Origin: Staphylothermus hellenicus DSM 12710
Lineage (GTDB): Archaea; Thermoproteota; Thermoprotei_A; Sulfolobales; Desulfurococcaceae
Assembly (NCBI RefSeq): GCF_000092465.1
Contig: NC_014205.1
Span: 960,001-992,000 of the forward strand
Reading direction: 5' to 3'
DNA: 32,000 nt
The translations under genes and the position numbers were made by a program. Below are positions 1-9,879 of this stretch, one piece after another. Within the stretch, counting starts at the first letter, position 1. Every line of letters begins with the position of its first letter. Under the pieces are notes generated by a model. That model saw only the letters and a program-made list of their open reading frames with translations, did not search any database and had not been told where the DNA came from.

Positions 1-576
1 ACTTGTAGTTGTCCATGCATATTTTGGTGTTCCACTACTTCTCTGTATACCGGTGTTCATGTATGCTTCATTATCGTATAGGATGTATAGGAAGTCATGT
101 CCACGTTCAGCTGCACCGCTTAGACTCTGTAATCCTATATCAAATGTTCCTCCATCACCGGCGAATACTACTACGTCAACGTGATCCCATGGTAGTCTAC
201 CTGTTTTCTTTAATGCTTTAATAGCTGATTCAACACCGCTAGCTGTAGCCGCTGCGTTTTCGAAAGCGTTATGTATCCATGGAACAGCCCAGCTTGTATA
301 TGGGAATATTGTTGTTGCTACTTCTAAGCATCCAGTAGCGTTTACAACTATTGTTGGTCCGCGGAACGCGAAGCTTGCTAGTTTAACTATTATTGGGGCG
401 GCGCATCCAGCACATAATCTATGTCCCGGTAATAATGCTGATCTTTTTTGCTCAGCCAATTGTCTAGGATTTAGTATTAATGGTAATTCACCTTTCCATC
501 CAGGCTCAAATATCCATAGCTTATATGCTGGTTCACCTTTCTTTATGGGGATTTGGGGTAGGGTTTGTGCAGGCAT
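1..576 (-). CDS. 2-oxoacid:ferredoxin oxidoreductase (POR/VOR type), beta/TPP-binding subunit; C-terminal part runs off the window
   Basis: Not in the ORF track because it is open at the window edge. My minus-strand translation from ATG 576..574 reads [30 protein letters not shown]...[18 protein letters not shown]...[52 protein letters not shown]. It has the GDG...N TPP motif and N-terminal Cys residues. AGGAGGTGGA lies just upstream of the ATG. It starts 16 nt after the alpha subunit stop. Confidence 0.9.
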   Translation of the reverse strand, partial: MPAQTLPQIPIKKGEPAYKLWIFEPGWKGELPLILNPRQLAEQKRSALLPGHRLCAGCAAPIIVKLASFAFRGPTIVVNATGCLEVATTIFPYTSWAVPWIHNAFENAAATASGVESAIKALKKTGRLPWDHVDVVVFAGDGGTFDIGLQSLSGAAERGHDFLYILYDNEAYMNTGIQRSSGTPKYAWTTTS

Positions 577-592
577 ATGATCCACCTCCTAA

Positions 593-1870
593 TTACTCCC
601 TTACACCTAGGAATCTAAGCTTGTTCTCAACAACTCCTTTCTCTGCATCTCTTAATAGTTCCTCAAACATTTTCTCGATGAGTTCTGGTGGTGCATCTCT
701 TCCGCCAAGCCCGTATATGTAGTTTACTAGTAGTGGTTTCTTCCTGTAATCATATAGTGATGTGTTGATCTCGAGGAAGCTTTGACCATAGCTTCCAAAG
801 CTTATGCCTCTATCCATTACTCCTACAACCTTAGCGTTTTTCAGCAGCTCAGCTATTTCTCTGTGTGGGAATGGCCTAAACATTTTTATCCTAATCATTC
901 CCACCTTCTTTCCTTCCCTCCTCAACTTCTTAACTATATGCCTAACTGTTCCAGCAGTGCTTCCAAGCACAGTAACTATTACGTCTGCATCTTCCACCTC
1001 GTATGGAACAAGTATTCCATCACCATATTTTCTACCGGTTAGCTCATACCATTTCTCATTGACTTCTTGTACTACTTCTGGAACTCTCTTCATTGCTTCT
1101 ACTTGGTGCATTTTATGCTCAAAATAGTAATCGTATAGGTCTAGTGGTCCGAATGTTAATGGCCTTGCAGGATTAAGCATTAACGGCACTTCTTCATCGA
1201 AGTAATCAACTTTCACCTTTGGAACTTTACGGTATCCTCCTAGGAATTCATGTACTTTCTCATCAGGCAATATCCTGATGTTTTCTAGTGTGTGGCTTAG
1301 GAAGAATCCATCCAGGTTTACCGCTACAGGTAATAATACTCTTTCATCCTCAGCGATCTTGAATGCCTGAATAACTGTATCATATGCTTCCTGAACATTT
1401 TCAACGAATAACTGGATCCATCCAGAATCCCTCATTCCATAAGCATCGCTGTGATCACAGTGGATATTGATTGGAGCTGATAATGCACGGTTAGCAACAG
1501 CTAATACTATAGGTAATCTAAGACTTGCAGCAATATATAGGATCTCCCACATCAAAGCCAAACCATTAGCTGCAGTCGCTGTAAAAGCCCTAGCACCTGC
1601 AGCTGCGGCTCCAACAACTGCACTCATAGCTGAATGCTCTGATTCTACCGGTACAAACTCTGTGTGTACCTCGCCATTTGCTACAAACTCCGAGAACTTC
1701 TCAACAATAATTGTTTGCGGCGTAATCGGGTAGGCTGCGACAACATCTACTAAGCTCTGCTTAGCAGCATATGCTACTGCTTCATCTCCATTAACAGTTA
1801 ATAGTTCTTGTTCTTCAAGGGGTATTATAGGGGTTTTAACTGCTTCAGTCATGTGATCCCACCTCTTCAC
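593..1870 (-). CDS. 2-oxoacid:ferredoxin oxidoreductase (POR/VOR type), alpha subunit
   Basis: Contains AAYPITPQT, ESEHSAMSAVVGAAAAGARAFTATAANGLALM and a conserved core typical of POR/VOR alpha. GTG 1870 overlaps the delta stop (GTGA). An alternative ATG at 1852 is preceded by GAGGTG. Confidence 0.9.
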   Translation of the reverse strand: MKRWDHMTEAVKTPIIPLEEQELLTVNGDEAVAYAAKQSLVDVVAAYPITPQTIIVEKFSEFVANGEVHTEFVPVESEHSAMSAVVGAAAAGARAFTATAANGLALMWEILYIAASLRLPIVLAVANRALSAPINIHCDHSDAYGMRDSGWIQLFVENVQEAYDTVIQAFKIAEDERVLLPVAVNLDGFFLSHTLENIRILPDEKVHEFLGGYRKVPKVKVDYFDEEVPLMLNPARPLTFGPLDLYDYYFEHKMHQVEAMKRVPEVVQEVNEKWYELTGRKYGDGILVPYEVEDADVIVTVLGSTAGTVRHIVKKLRREGKKVGMIRIKMFRPFPHREIAELLKNAKVVGVMDRGISFGSYGQSFLEINTSLYDYRKKPLLVNYIYGLGGRDAPPELIEKMFEELLRDAEKGVVENKLRFLGVRE

Positions 1871-2157
1871 TCAGTCGGTTCAGGGACCATGGTGATCGCG
1901 TTAACTGGGCATTCATGTGCACATATACCGCATCCTTTACAGTAATCATAGTTGATCACGATTTTTTCTCCATCCCATACAATCGCCATGTCGGGGCAGA
2001 ATATCCAGCACAGCATGCATTTAACACATTTATTTAAGTCAACAACCGGTCTTAACGCTCTCCAATCTCCTGTTTTATAATCTGTTGAAAGCCTGTAGGA
2101 AACAGCTCCTAAGGGCAGGTCTTTCCAGCCACGGGGTTCTTTATGTGTAGAAGTCAA
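1867..2157 (-). CDS. 2-oxoacid:ferredoxin oxidoreductase delta subunit (2x[4Fe-4S] ferredoxin-like)
   Basis: Two CxxCxxCxxxCP motifs: CVKCMLCWIFCP and CKGCGICAHECP. Size is 96 aa. It sits between the gamma and alpha subunits. Confidence 0.9.
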   Translation of the reverse strand: MTSTHKEPRGWKDLPLGAVSYRLSTDYKTGDWRALRPVVDLNKCVKCMLCWIFCPDMAIVWDGEKIVINYDYCKGCGICAHECPVNAITMVPEPTE

Positions 2158-2162
2158 TTCTT

Positions 2163-2753
2163 TTACACCTCCTTAGCCAGCTTATAAGCTTCTTTTATTA
2201 ATGCAATATTCTTCTCAGCTATGGAGCCAGGGAATCTCTTTTTCACAGCTTTTTCTATGCTTTCAAAACTAACTATTGGCGCAGCCTTTATTAATGCTCC
2301 GATCATGGGAGTATTTGTTATGGGTCTCTTGAGAATATCTAGTGCTAGCTTTGTAGCAGGTGTTACCACTACTTTGTATTCGTCTTTCTTAATACCAAGC
2401 ATATTATAGAGTTTATCTGTGTCGCCTTCATAGTTAACGATAATTAATCCGTTCTTTTTTAAACCACTCACTACATTTACATTCTTCAATAATGTCGGAT
2501 CTAGTACGATCACTATGTCGGGTTCATACACCATGCTGTGTAAATCAATTGGTTCATCACTAATACGTGTAAATGCTAGGATAGGAGCACCTGATCTTTC
2601 CGGTCCGAATGCTGGAAAACTCTGAACATGCTTGCCATCATATGCAGCCGCCATTGCTAATAAGTTGGCAGCAGTCCATGCACCCTGACCACCACGACCA
2701 TGCCAGCGAATCTCAAGCATATATCTCACCAACATCATGGAAGTGTTTCTCAT
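2163..2753 (-). CDS. 2-oxoacid:ferredoxin oxidoreductase gamma subunit
   Basis: EIRWHGRGGQGAWTAANLLA is the canonical gamma N-terminus. The more likely start is ATG 2720 (MLEIRWHGRGGQG), preceded by GGTGAG. Confidence 0.88.
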   Translation of the reverse strand: MRNTSMMLVRYMLEIRWHGRGGQGAWTAANLLAMAAAYDGKHVQSFPAFGPERSGAPILAFTRISDEPIDLHSMVYEPDIVIVLDPTLLKNVNVVSGLKKNGLIIVNYEGDTDKLYNMLGIKKDEYKVVVTPATKLALDILKRPITNTPMIGALIKAAPIVSFESIEKAVKKRFPGSIAEKNIALIKEAYKLAKEV

Positions 2754-2931
2754 ATTAATTGGAGTAAAATATTACTTATTAATCCTTCGACTCAAATGAT
2801 AATATACACATCTCAATAATCATGAAGTAGACTATAGTAAAAAACTTTAAGCGTTTTCGTCGAAAAAAATAAACTATTATGATAATTCCACTGTAGCTGA
2901 CTGAACTGATAATTTTTTATTATATCATTAA

Positions 2932-3267
2932 TCAGCCTTCTTCCTTACCTGTCTCAGTTGTTTCTTTAGTTGAGGTTTGCTCCTCCTCTATTTTCTCTTC
3001 TTCCTTTTCTTTCTCCAGCTTCTTAAGTTCTTCTTCTACCTCTTTTTCTATTTCTTCGATTGGCTTAGGTGGTGGAGTGGTTGCTAGAGTATATCCGATC
3101 CAGCCTAGTATACCGAATACTACAAGGATAATTACAACATTAGTTAATTTGATAACTAGCCAATCTAAATCAGCGATGGGCGGAAAGAATACTAGCCATA
3201 TATATGCTATGATCACTATGATGGATATTATTAACAACCCGGAACCGATTACTTTATCACTTACCAT
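2932..3267 (-). CDS. small membrane protein with two predicted TM helices and a Glu/Lys-rich C-terminal tail; function unknown
   Basis: Two hydrophobic stretches (GLLIISIIVIIAYIWLVFF and VVIILVVFGILGWIGYTLA) are followed by EEIEKEVEEELKKLEKEKEEEKIEEE. No family recognised. Confidence 0.5.
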   Translation of the reverse strand: MVSDKVIGSGLLIISIIVIIAYIWLVFFPPIADLDWLVIKLTNVVIILVVFGILGWIGYTLATTPPPKPIEEIEKEVEEELKKLEKEKEEEKIEEEQTSTKETTETGKEEG

Positions 3268-3435
3268 CCTAATACACCAGAATTTATTTGATCAATAATA
3301 TAATTATTATACAGCTTTAGAAAATAAATCTAGCCCTAAAATACATTATATAAACACATAACTATTCTATATGAGTATGAGAAAGCTTATCAATAAATGC
3401 AATATTTTATAGTAATGAAAATAACATAGTAGTAT

Positions 3436-3510
3436 CTGGATGAAGAAAGATGACGCAGATGACCGTGGATGGGATGATTTTGCAGGGACTACCCGCTGAC
3501 GTTGATGGAT
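3436..3510 (+). ncRNA. possible small RNA (box C/D-like words, irregular spacing)
   Basis: A locally G+C-enriched patch in an AT-rich intergenic region. GATGA occurs four times (3439, 3449, 3458, 3473) and CTGA once (3495-3498). A small hairpin GCAGGG-ACTA-CCCGC lies at 3482-3494. A TATA-like ATATTTTATAG sits about 30 nt upstream. The spacers do not fit the canonical 12-nt C/D geometry. Confidence 0.25.
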
Positions 3511-3564
3511 AGTTCTAAATACAACTATGTTATATATGTTATAAATGCAGAGAATCCTTAAGAG

Positions 3565-3873
3565 GTGATTTTCATCAGTATTGCTGAAAGTGTTAAACTG
3601 TTGAAGTGTGCTATTGAGGAATATATTAGGAAGACTGGTGGACAACTTGTTATAGAGGATCATAGTGTAGAGGTATATTTACCAGTTGTCATAGATGAAG
3701 TTCCAGGGGGAGTGCAGTTTAAAATGAAAGGTAGAATCGAGAATGATTATATTGTGGTAGAGGAGTGTACAGTAACTGTTGAAAATGAGTCCCACAATAT
3801 TAAACCAGTTGATCTCATGAATTGGACTAATTATGTTAACGAGAATTTTTCTTATGCATGTAAATCTTCTTAA
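3565..3873 (+). CDS. hypothetical protein (102 aa), immediately upstream of the two-subunit OFOR genes
   Basis: GTG start lies about 20-25 nt downstream of TTATATATGTTATAAATG (TATA-like), so the mRNA may be leaderless. It ends 8 nt before the next gene. No motif recognised. Confidence 0.35.
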   Translation: MIFISIAESVKLLKCAIEEYIRKTGGQLVIEDHSVEVYLPVVIDEVPGGVQFKMKGRIENDYIVVEECTVTVENESHNIKPVDLMNWTNYVNENFSYACKSS

Positions 3874-3881
3874 TTTCTTCT

Positions 3882-5663
3882 ATGGGTGATCCACGTATGG
3901 CTGCAAAGAATTCCATCCAGGTCTTAATAGCTGGTCCAGCTGGAAGCGGAAACATTACAAGCGGTTTAGTTATTGCTAGAGCCCTTCATAAGCTAGGATA
4001 TCACGTAATAGGTGTATCCGAGTATCCCAGTCTTATAAGAGGGGGACACACAGTATACTGGGTGAGAGCAGGAGTAGAAAAAATCTATGAACTATATAGG
4101 ACAAGCGATTATATTGTTACATTTGATGAAACAACATATACTAGGCAAGAAAAGGATTTCCGCGGAGACAGTATTGTAGTGTTTGATCCCGATCTCGTAA
4201 AACGTGATCCTCCACGAGGAATTAAATACGAAGCACCTATGAGAAAAATTATTCGTGAATACAAGTTAAAACCTATAACAACGAACATGTTAGCCACAGG
4301 TGTGATCGCTGGATTAATGGGGATTCCTCTCGAGGAAGTGGCTTGGTCAATAAAGTATCAGTTTAGAGGAAAAGAGAAAGTAATTGAAGAAAACGTTAAA
4401 GCAGCTATGATTGGCTACGAATACGTAGCTAAACACCCATTAACAGCTCAGACTTATCGTTTAGAACCATCGAAACCATGGGGTCCAAGAATACTGTTGA
4501 CGGGTAATGAAGCAATAGGCTTAGGATTCGTTAAAGGGGATCTAAGACTATATGTAGCATATCCTATGACCCCTGCTTCTCCACTCTTACACTTCATGGT
4601 TAGAGTGATGAAAGATAAGAACATACCAGTAATACAGGCGGAGAACGAAATAGCTGCTGCACAAATGGCTCTCGCAGCTACGTGGGCAGGGGTTAGAGCC
4701 GCTACAGGTACGAGTGGTGGTGGATTCGCATTGATGAATGAAACACTTAGTGAAGCTGGTATGTTAGAGCTACCGCTAACCATAGTTTTAGCTATGAGGC
4801 CTGGTCCAAGCACTGGAATGGCTACTCATTCAGCACAAGAAGATATGCTCTATAGCTTATTTGCTGGACATGGGGAATTCCCGAGAATAGTTGTTGCACC
4901 AGCTGATCAGGAGGATGCATATTATAGAGCGGTTGAAGTATTAAATCTTGGCTGGAAATACCGGGTTCCAGCAATAATATTAGTTGATAAACACCTAGCT
5001 GAAAGCATTAGATCAGTTCCCGCATTCAGAGAAGATCTAAGCCTTGATTATGGAGCATTAATACCGAGAGAAGAAGCTGAGAAGAGAATAGGGGAGGGAT
5101 GGGAGTTTAAACCATACATGGATACCGAAACAGGTGTTCCACCATGGGTACCGCCGGGTACGAAGGGAGCATTGGTTAAGGCAGATAGTAGTGAGCATGA
5201 TGAAAGAGGTATTGTAACAGAAGATCCTGTTAATGCTGATAAACAATATAGGAGAAGGATGAGGAAGGAAGGATATCTTAGAAGAGAACTTGAAGAAAAA
5301 TATGAGGTACTAAGAGTATATGGTGAAGAACCAGATAAAACTGACCTAGTTATTTTAACGTGGGGTTCGGCGGCTTGGGCAAGCTTGGAGGCGAAGAAAC
5401 TATTGTCTAAAGACGGCGTTGATTTAAGTATAGTACAAGTGATTTATCTATGGCCTTTCCCAAGAAGAACATTTATAGAGACAATGAAGAAATACAAGGA
5501 TAAACCTATTGTTACCGTGGAATACAATTATCGTGGACAACTAGGGATTTTAGCATATATGGAGACAGGTGTGAAGACAAGTGGGCATATAGGAAAAGTT
5601 GATGGAAGACCGTTTAGAGCAGAAGACCTTGCATCTAAGATCAAAGAATTTTTAAAATCTTAA
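3882..5663 (+). CDS. 2-oxoacid:ferredoxin oxidoreductase, fused gamma-alpha large subunit (two-subunit Sulfolobus/Aeropyrum-type OFOR)
   Basis: The N-terminal gamma-like domain (IAGPAGSGNITSG) is fused to an alpha domain (YVAYPMTPASPL, ENEIAAAQMALAATWAGVRAATGTSGGGFALM). The likely true start is ATG 3897, preceded by GGTGATCC (anti-16S-like). Confidence 0.9.
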   Translation: MGDPRMAAKNSIQVLIAGPAGSGNITSGLVIARALHKLGYHVIGVSEYPSLIRGGHTVYWVRAGVEKIYELYRTSDYIVTFDETTYTRQEKDFRGDSIVVFDPDLVKRDPPRGIKYEAPMRKIIREYKLKPITTNMLATGVIAGLMGIPLEEVAWSIKYQFRGKEKVIEENVKAAMIGYEYVAKHPLTAQTYRLEPSKPWGPRILLTGNEAIGLGFVKGDLRLYVAYPMTPASPLLHFMVRVMKDKNIPVIQAENEIAAAQMALAATWAGVRAATGTSGGGFALMNETLSEAGMLELPLTIVLAMRPGPSTGMATHSAQEDMLYSLFAGHGEFPRIVVAPADQEDAYYRAVEVLNLGWKYRVPAIILVDKHLAESIRSVPAFREDLSLDYGALIPREEAEKRIGEGWEFKPYMDTETGVPPWVPPGTKGALVKADSSEHDERGIVTEDPVNADKQYRRRMRKEGYLRRELEEKYEVLRVYGEEPDKTDLVILTWGSAAWASLEAKKLLSKDGVDLSIVQVIYLWPFPRRTFIETMKKYKDKPIVTVEYNYRGQLGILAYMETGVKTSGHIGKVDGRPFRAEDLASKIKEFLKS

Positions 5664-5676
5664 AAGAAATAGAGGG

Positions 5677-6564
5677 GTGAATAATATGTCCATATATAGA
5701 CAACCCGTATCCGAAACAGGAGCAGTTATAACATGGTGTCCTGGATGCGGTAACTTCGGAATTCTCCAAGCATTTAAGAAAGCTGTGAACGAATTAGGTA
5801 TTGAGCCTTATAGACTCGCAATAGTGACAGGCATAGGTTGTCACGGTAAATTATCGAGTTATATTAATGTTAATTCTATACATACAATACATGGAAGAGT
5901 ATTGCCAATGATCACAGCAATTAAGGCTGTTAATAAGGATCTCGTTGTAGTCGGTTTTGCCGGTGACGGAGATCAATACGGTATTGGTGCAGGACATCTT
6001 CCCCATGTTGTTAGGAGAAATCCTGATGTAACATTAATAGTGCATAACAATACAGTGTATGGGCTCACCACGGGACAGGCTTCACCTACAACTGAGAGAG
6101 GACAAGTTACTAGGACAACTCCTTGGGGTCAGTGGGAAGAACCAATTAATCCTATAGCTATGATGGTGGCTTTAAGAGCTAGCTTTGTCGCTCGAGGATT
6201 TGCTGGAGACGTAGAGCATTTAAAATACATTATTAAGGAAGCCATTAAACATAAAGGATTCAGCTTCATAGATGTATTACAACCATGTGTAACATTCGAT
6301 AAACTACACACATACACATGGTATAGGCAACGCATATATAAGTTAGAGGAGACAGGACACGATCCTACTAACTGGGAGGAAGCAATGAAGAAAGCATATG
6401 AGTGGGGAGACCGTATACCTATAGGGATAATTTATAAAGAGGAAAAGCCTACAATGGAGGAACTACTAGAACCAATTAAGAATAATCCGCCGCTCGCATA
6501 TATACCGATACAGCAAAAACCTATAAAGGACTTAATGGAAAAACATGTTTCATTAACCAAGTAG
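5677..6564 (+). CDS. 2-oxoacid:ferredoxin oxidoreductase beta (TPP/[4Fe-4S]) subunit of the two-subunit OFOR
   Basis: Contains WCPGCGNFGIL, GIGCHGK and FAGDGDQYGIGAGH...HNNTVYGLTTGQ (TPP motif). The likely start is ATG 5686, 6 nt after GAGGGGTGA. Confidence 0.9.
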   Translation: MNNMSIYRQPVSETGAVITWCPGCGNFGILQAFKKAVNELGIEPYRLAIVTGIGCHGKLSSYINVNSIHTIHGRVLPMITAIKAVNKDLVVVGFAGDGDQYGIGAGHLPHVVRRNPDVTLIVHNNTVYGLTTGQASPTTERGQVTRTTPWGQWEEPINPIAMMVALRASFVARGFAGDVEHLKYIIKEAIKHKGFSFIDVLQPCVTFDKLHTYTWYRQRIYKLEETGHDPTNWEEAMKKAYEWGDRIPIGIIYKEEKPTMEELLEPIKNNPPLAYIPIQQKPIKDLMEKHVSLTK

Positions 6565-6630
6565 TTTTTTCCTAAAAATTATTCATTACAAATATAAAGG
6601 CAACATATTAGTCTTAAAATAATATGGGGT

Positions 6631-6730
<100 letters not shown>

Positions 6731-6751
6731 TTTACATAAATACTAGTAATC

Positions 6752-7219
6752 CTAAGTACTGGTTATATTGTGGATATTCCTAAGTCTCTCCCTAATCTCA
6801 TCGATATCAGGGTGTTTTTCCCCAATACTATTAATAGCTGATATGACAAGCTTTAATCCAATAAGTGTTTTCGTTAAAAACGCCCTGCTTATTCTAAGGA
6901 ATTCATTTATTCCTTTCGATGTAGGATGATATAGTATGATTTTTCTCCTACCTTTATATTGTATCCTCTTCTCAATAAATCCTTCTTCAAGAAGCTCGTT
7001 CAGTATCCTATAAATTGTACCAATTGAAGGTTTCTCTATTAGTTCTAATCCATGTATCAGATCCAATAATTCCTTATATATTCCATATCCATGTATTTCT
7101 CTATTCTTAATTATAATCCCCAAAACTTTGATTTTAAATACGCTTCTAAACTTCTTCTTTCTAGTCTGCATATTTATTCCCATTATGTTTTTATCCAGTA
7201 AGATTTTTAATCTAGTCAT
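6752..7219 (-). CDS. PadR-like winged-helix transcriptional regulator
   Basis: HGYGIYKELL...PSIGTIYRILNELLEEGFIEKRIQYKGRRKIILYHPTSKGINEFL matches the PadR wHTH pattern. It is divergent from the MATE transporter. The true start may be an internal Met. Confidence 0.7.
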   Translation of the reverse strand: MTRLKILLDKNIMGINMQTRKKKFRSVFKIKVLGIIIKNREIHGYGIYKELLDLIHGLELIEKPSIGTIYRILNELLEEGFIEKRIQYKGRRKIILYHPTSKGINEFLRISRAFLTKTLIGLKLVISAINSIGEKHPDIDEIRERLRNIHNITST

Positions 7220-7236
7220 ATATAAATATCTTCTGT

Positions 7237-8640
7237 TTGAATATATTCTGGTGGAATATATTGCGTAGAGGCGCGAGCGAAGATTTACATGTGCTTAGGA
7301 AAAGAATACTAAAGGGAGACATAGTTAAGACTGTTCTATGGCTAGCTTGGCCTATAATATTAGCGAATCTAGTTAATATGTCATATAATCTTATAGATGC
7401 TTACTGGCTAGGAAAACTCGGTAAAGAAGCTTTTGGAGCGCCCACTGTTAGTTGGCCTTTAATAATGCTTTTCTACTCTATTGGATTTGGATTCTCACGT
7501 GCAGGAATAGCGTTGATTGCACAATATGTTGGAGCTGGAAATTTAAAAATGGCTAATAAATCAGCTGGTAATCTTTTATCATTTATGGCGCTTATCTCTT
7601 TATCAATTAGTGGAATAGGATATTTTCTATCCCCACCTATACTTAGCTTAATGGGTGTTCCACTAGATATTTATCCTTACGCAGTCGAGTATATACGTAT
7701 AATCTTTATTGGAGTACCCATAGCATTTATTGGTTTCGCATTCAATACTATAGCGAATAGCTTGGGAGATACCAGGACACCAACCTATATTAATATAGTA
7801 TCATCTTCTACAAACATGGTTTTGGATCCACTATTTATTTTTGGATATTTCGGTTTTCCCGCAATGGGGGTTAAGGGAGCGGCTGTTGCAACTGTTCTGT
7901 CTAGATCGATAGTATCGATTATAGGATCATACTTGTTATTCACAGGTTATCGCGGAATAAAAATAACTATAAACGATTTGGGAATCGAGAAATGGTGGAT
8001 TAAAAAAGTTGTATCAATAGGAACACCGCTGACAATACAGCAATCATCTAATTCTCTAGGATTCACGATCATGATGAGTATAGTGAGCAGATTTGGATCA
8101 GTTGCTGTTTCTGCTTATGGTGTGGCTATTAGAATAATTGATGTATTATCAGCGTTTACATGGGGGATCAATAGAGCCTTATCAATAATGGTTGGGCAAA
8201 ACCTGGGAGCAGAATACTATGATAGAACAAAGACTATTGTTAAGAAAACCATGTGGTTAACAACAATAATACTAGTAATAGGATCAGTATTTATATTCTT
8301 AACAAGAGATCTGACTGTTGCATTTTTCGTTCCCGAAAAAGATGTTATCATGGAGGGAAGTAGGGTTTTAGCCATATTTACATGGTCTATACCTTTCTTC
8401 GGACTATTCTTTCTAGGAGGAGCGGTTGCGGGAGGTTCTGGGCATACAAAGATCTTCGCTATAATATCTATTATTAGGCTATGGGTACTGAGAATTGGAT
8501 TTAGCTATTTATTAGCTCTAGTCATGGGGATGGGGACTATTGGTATATGGGTAGCAATGGCTATAAGCAATATTGGTGCGGGATTACTGGCTCTACTATG
8601 GGTATTTAAAGGTAGTTGGGCTAGGAGAGTTATTGATTAG
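7237..8640 (+). CDS. MATE family multidrug/compound efflux transporter
   Basis: About 12 hydrophobic segments in roughly 460 aa. The N-terminus (LWLAWPIILANLVNMSYNLIDAYWLGKLG) and mid-repeat (IGTPLTIQQSSNSLGFTIMM) are typical of MATE. The TTG start is uncertain. Confidence 0.85.
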   Translation: MNIFWWNILRRGASEDLHVLRKRILKGDIVKTVLWLAWPIILANLVNMSYNLIDAYWLGKLGKEAFGAPTVSWPLIMLFYSIGFGFSRAGIALIAQYVGAGNLKMANKSAGNLLSFMALISLSISGIGYFLSPPILSLMGVPLDIYPYAVEYIRIIFIGVPIAFIGFAFNTIANSLGDTRTPTYINIVSSSTNMVLDPLFIFGYFGFPAMGVKGAAVATVLSRSIVSIIGSYLLFTGYRGIKITINDLGIEKWWIKKVVSIGTPLTIQQSSNSLGFTIMMSIVSRFGSVAVSAYGVAIRIIDVLSAFTWGINRALSIMVGQNLGAEYYDRTKTIVKKTMWLTTIILVIGSVFIFLTRDLTVAFFVPEKDVIMEGSRVLAIFTWSIPFFGLFFLGGAVAGGSGHTKIFAIISIIRLWVLRIGFSYLLALVMGMGTIGIWVAMAISNIGAGLLALLWVFKGSWARRVID

Positions 8641-8645
8641 AAAAC

Positions 8646-9869
8646 TTATTCATACCTTAAAGCTACAGCAGGGGGGATTTTTGCGGCTCTATAAGCTGGA
8701 AAGATGCTACCCACTATTCCAACCATTATAGTTAATAATATGGTTAAAGATACATTGAATACATTAATGTCAGGTCGCGCACTAATTATAATTTCACTTG
8801 TCCCACTAGAAATCACTAATCCCCTTGAAGCCATAGCATATGCTCCCACAACACCTATTGATATACCTATAACTGCGCCAATGAGGCTCATAACTATTCC
8901 TTCAGCAATAATTAAAACCAGTACTTGACCATCTGTGAATCCGAGAGCTTTCATAACACCTATCTCTCTAGTTCTTTCAATAACAGATGTTATCATAGTA
9001 GCTGCAACACCCGCGATAGCTACTGCAAAAGCTGCTAAGCTAGCAGAAAAAGTCATGAAGCCGACAGCGCTTGATATTGATGAAGCTATTTGAGCGAAGG
9101 CTAGGAAAGATATAACATCTACGCTTCTACCATATATGTTCCTTATAGTATTTGTTACATTATTAATCATGGAGGGATCCTTAACATATAATAGGATCCC
9201 ACTCCATTTCTTAACTCCTAAAAGCTTCTCGGCCCCATTCATGCTTATAAATATTGTTTTATCAGGATTTAATAATGCAGCTCCACCATACTTCTCTAAT
9301 ATAGCTGATATCGCTAGGCTTACATGTTTTATTTCCAGCTCACCCCCGCTCTTCACTTTAACTACTTTAACACTGATCACATCTCCTAATCCATATACTT
9401 CTCTACCTTCATCATTATATGCTATATCATGCCCAACAATGCATTTACTGATCTCCGTAGGTGAAGGTATTTCTCCCATACTTATTTTTAGACTTGGTAT
9501 AGCCTTGAAAAGGAAATCATAATTAACAGCATAAATAAATACCTCTTCCTCTTTTCCTCCAATCCTCATCGTTCCCTGTGTTGAATAGAATGGTGATGCA
9601 TCTACTACTCCATTAATTGTTTTTAAAAATTCTAGATCATCCTCTGTAACAGTGTATTCATCAGTAGACATTACTACTACAAGGTTCTGGCCGAACCCCT
9701 GTATTTGTTGGACAATATAGCGTGAATAACCACTAGTAACACTATTAATTGTGATCAGTGCTAATGGCCCAATTGCTATTCCAATAATCGTAAGGACTGC
9801 TCTTACCTTCTTCTCTGATAGGGTCTTTATCGCTAATCTAATGATGTCGCTGATAAACATTGTTATCAA
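8646..9869 (-). CDS. FtsX/MacB-type ABC transporter permease (4 TM, large extracytoplasmic domain)
   Basis: The N-terminus LAIKTLSEKKVRAVLTIIGIAIG forms TM1. An extracytoplasmic region of about 230 aa follows, then a C-terminal FtsX domain (ERTREIGVMKALGFTDGQVLVLIIAEG...AYRAAKIPPAVALRYE). The likely start is ATG 9860. Confidence 0.85.
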   Translation of the reverse strand: MITMFISDIIRLAIKTLSEKKVRAVLTIIGIAIGPLALITINSVTSGYSRYIVQQIQGFGQNLVVVMSTDEYTVTEDDLEFLKTINGVVDASPFYSTQGTMRIGGKEEEVFIYAVNYDFLFKAIPSLKISMGEIPSPTEISKCIVGHDIAYNDEGREVYGLGDVISVKVVKVKSGGELEIKHVSLAISAILEKYGGAALLNPDKTIFISMNGAEKLLGVKKWSGILLYVKDPSMINNVTNTIRNIYGRSVDVISFLAFAQIASSISSAVGFMTFSASLAAFAVAIAGVAATMITSVIERTREIGVMKALGFTDGQVLVLIIAEGIVMSLIGAVIGISIGVVGAYAMASRGLVISSGTSEIIISARPDINVFNVSLTILLTIMVGIVGSIFPAYRAAKIPPAVALRYE

Positions 9870-9879
9870 CCATTTTATC

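Noticed and set aside
3367-3663. A 98-aa minus-strand ORF.
   Set aside because: It has a low-complexity AT-driven translation, spans an intergenic promoter-like region and overlaps the + strand ORF start. No supporting signals were seen.
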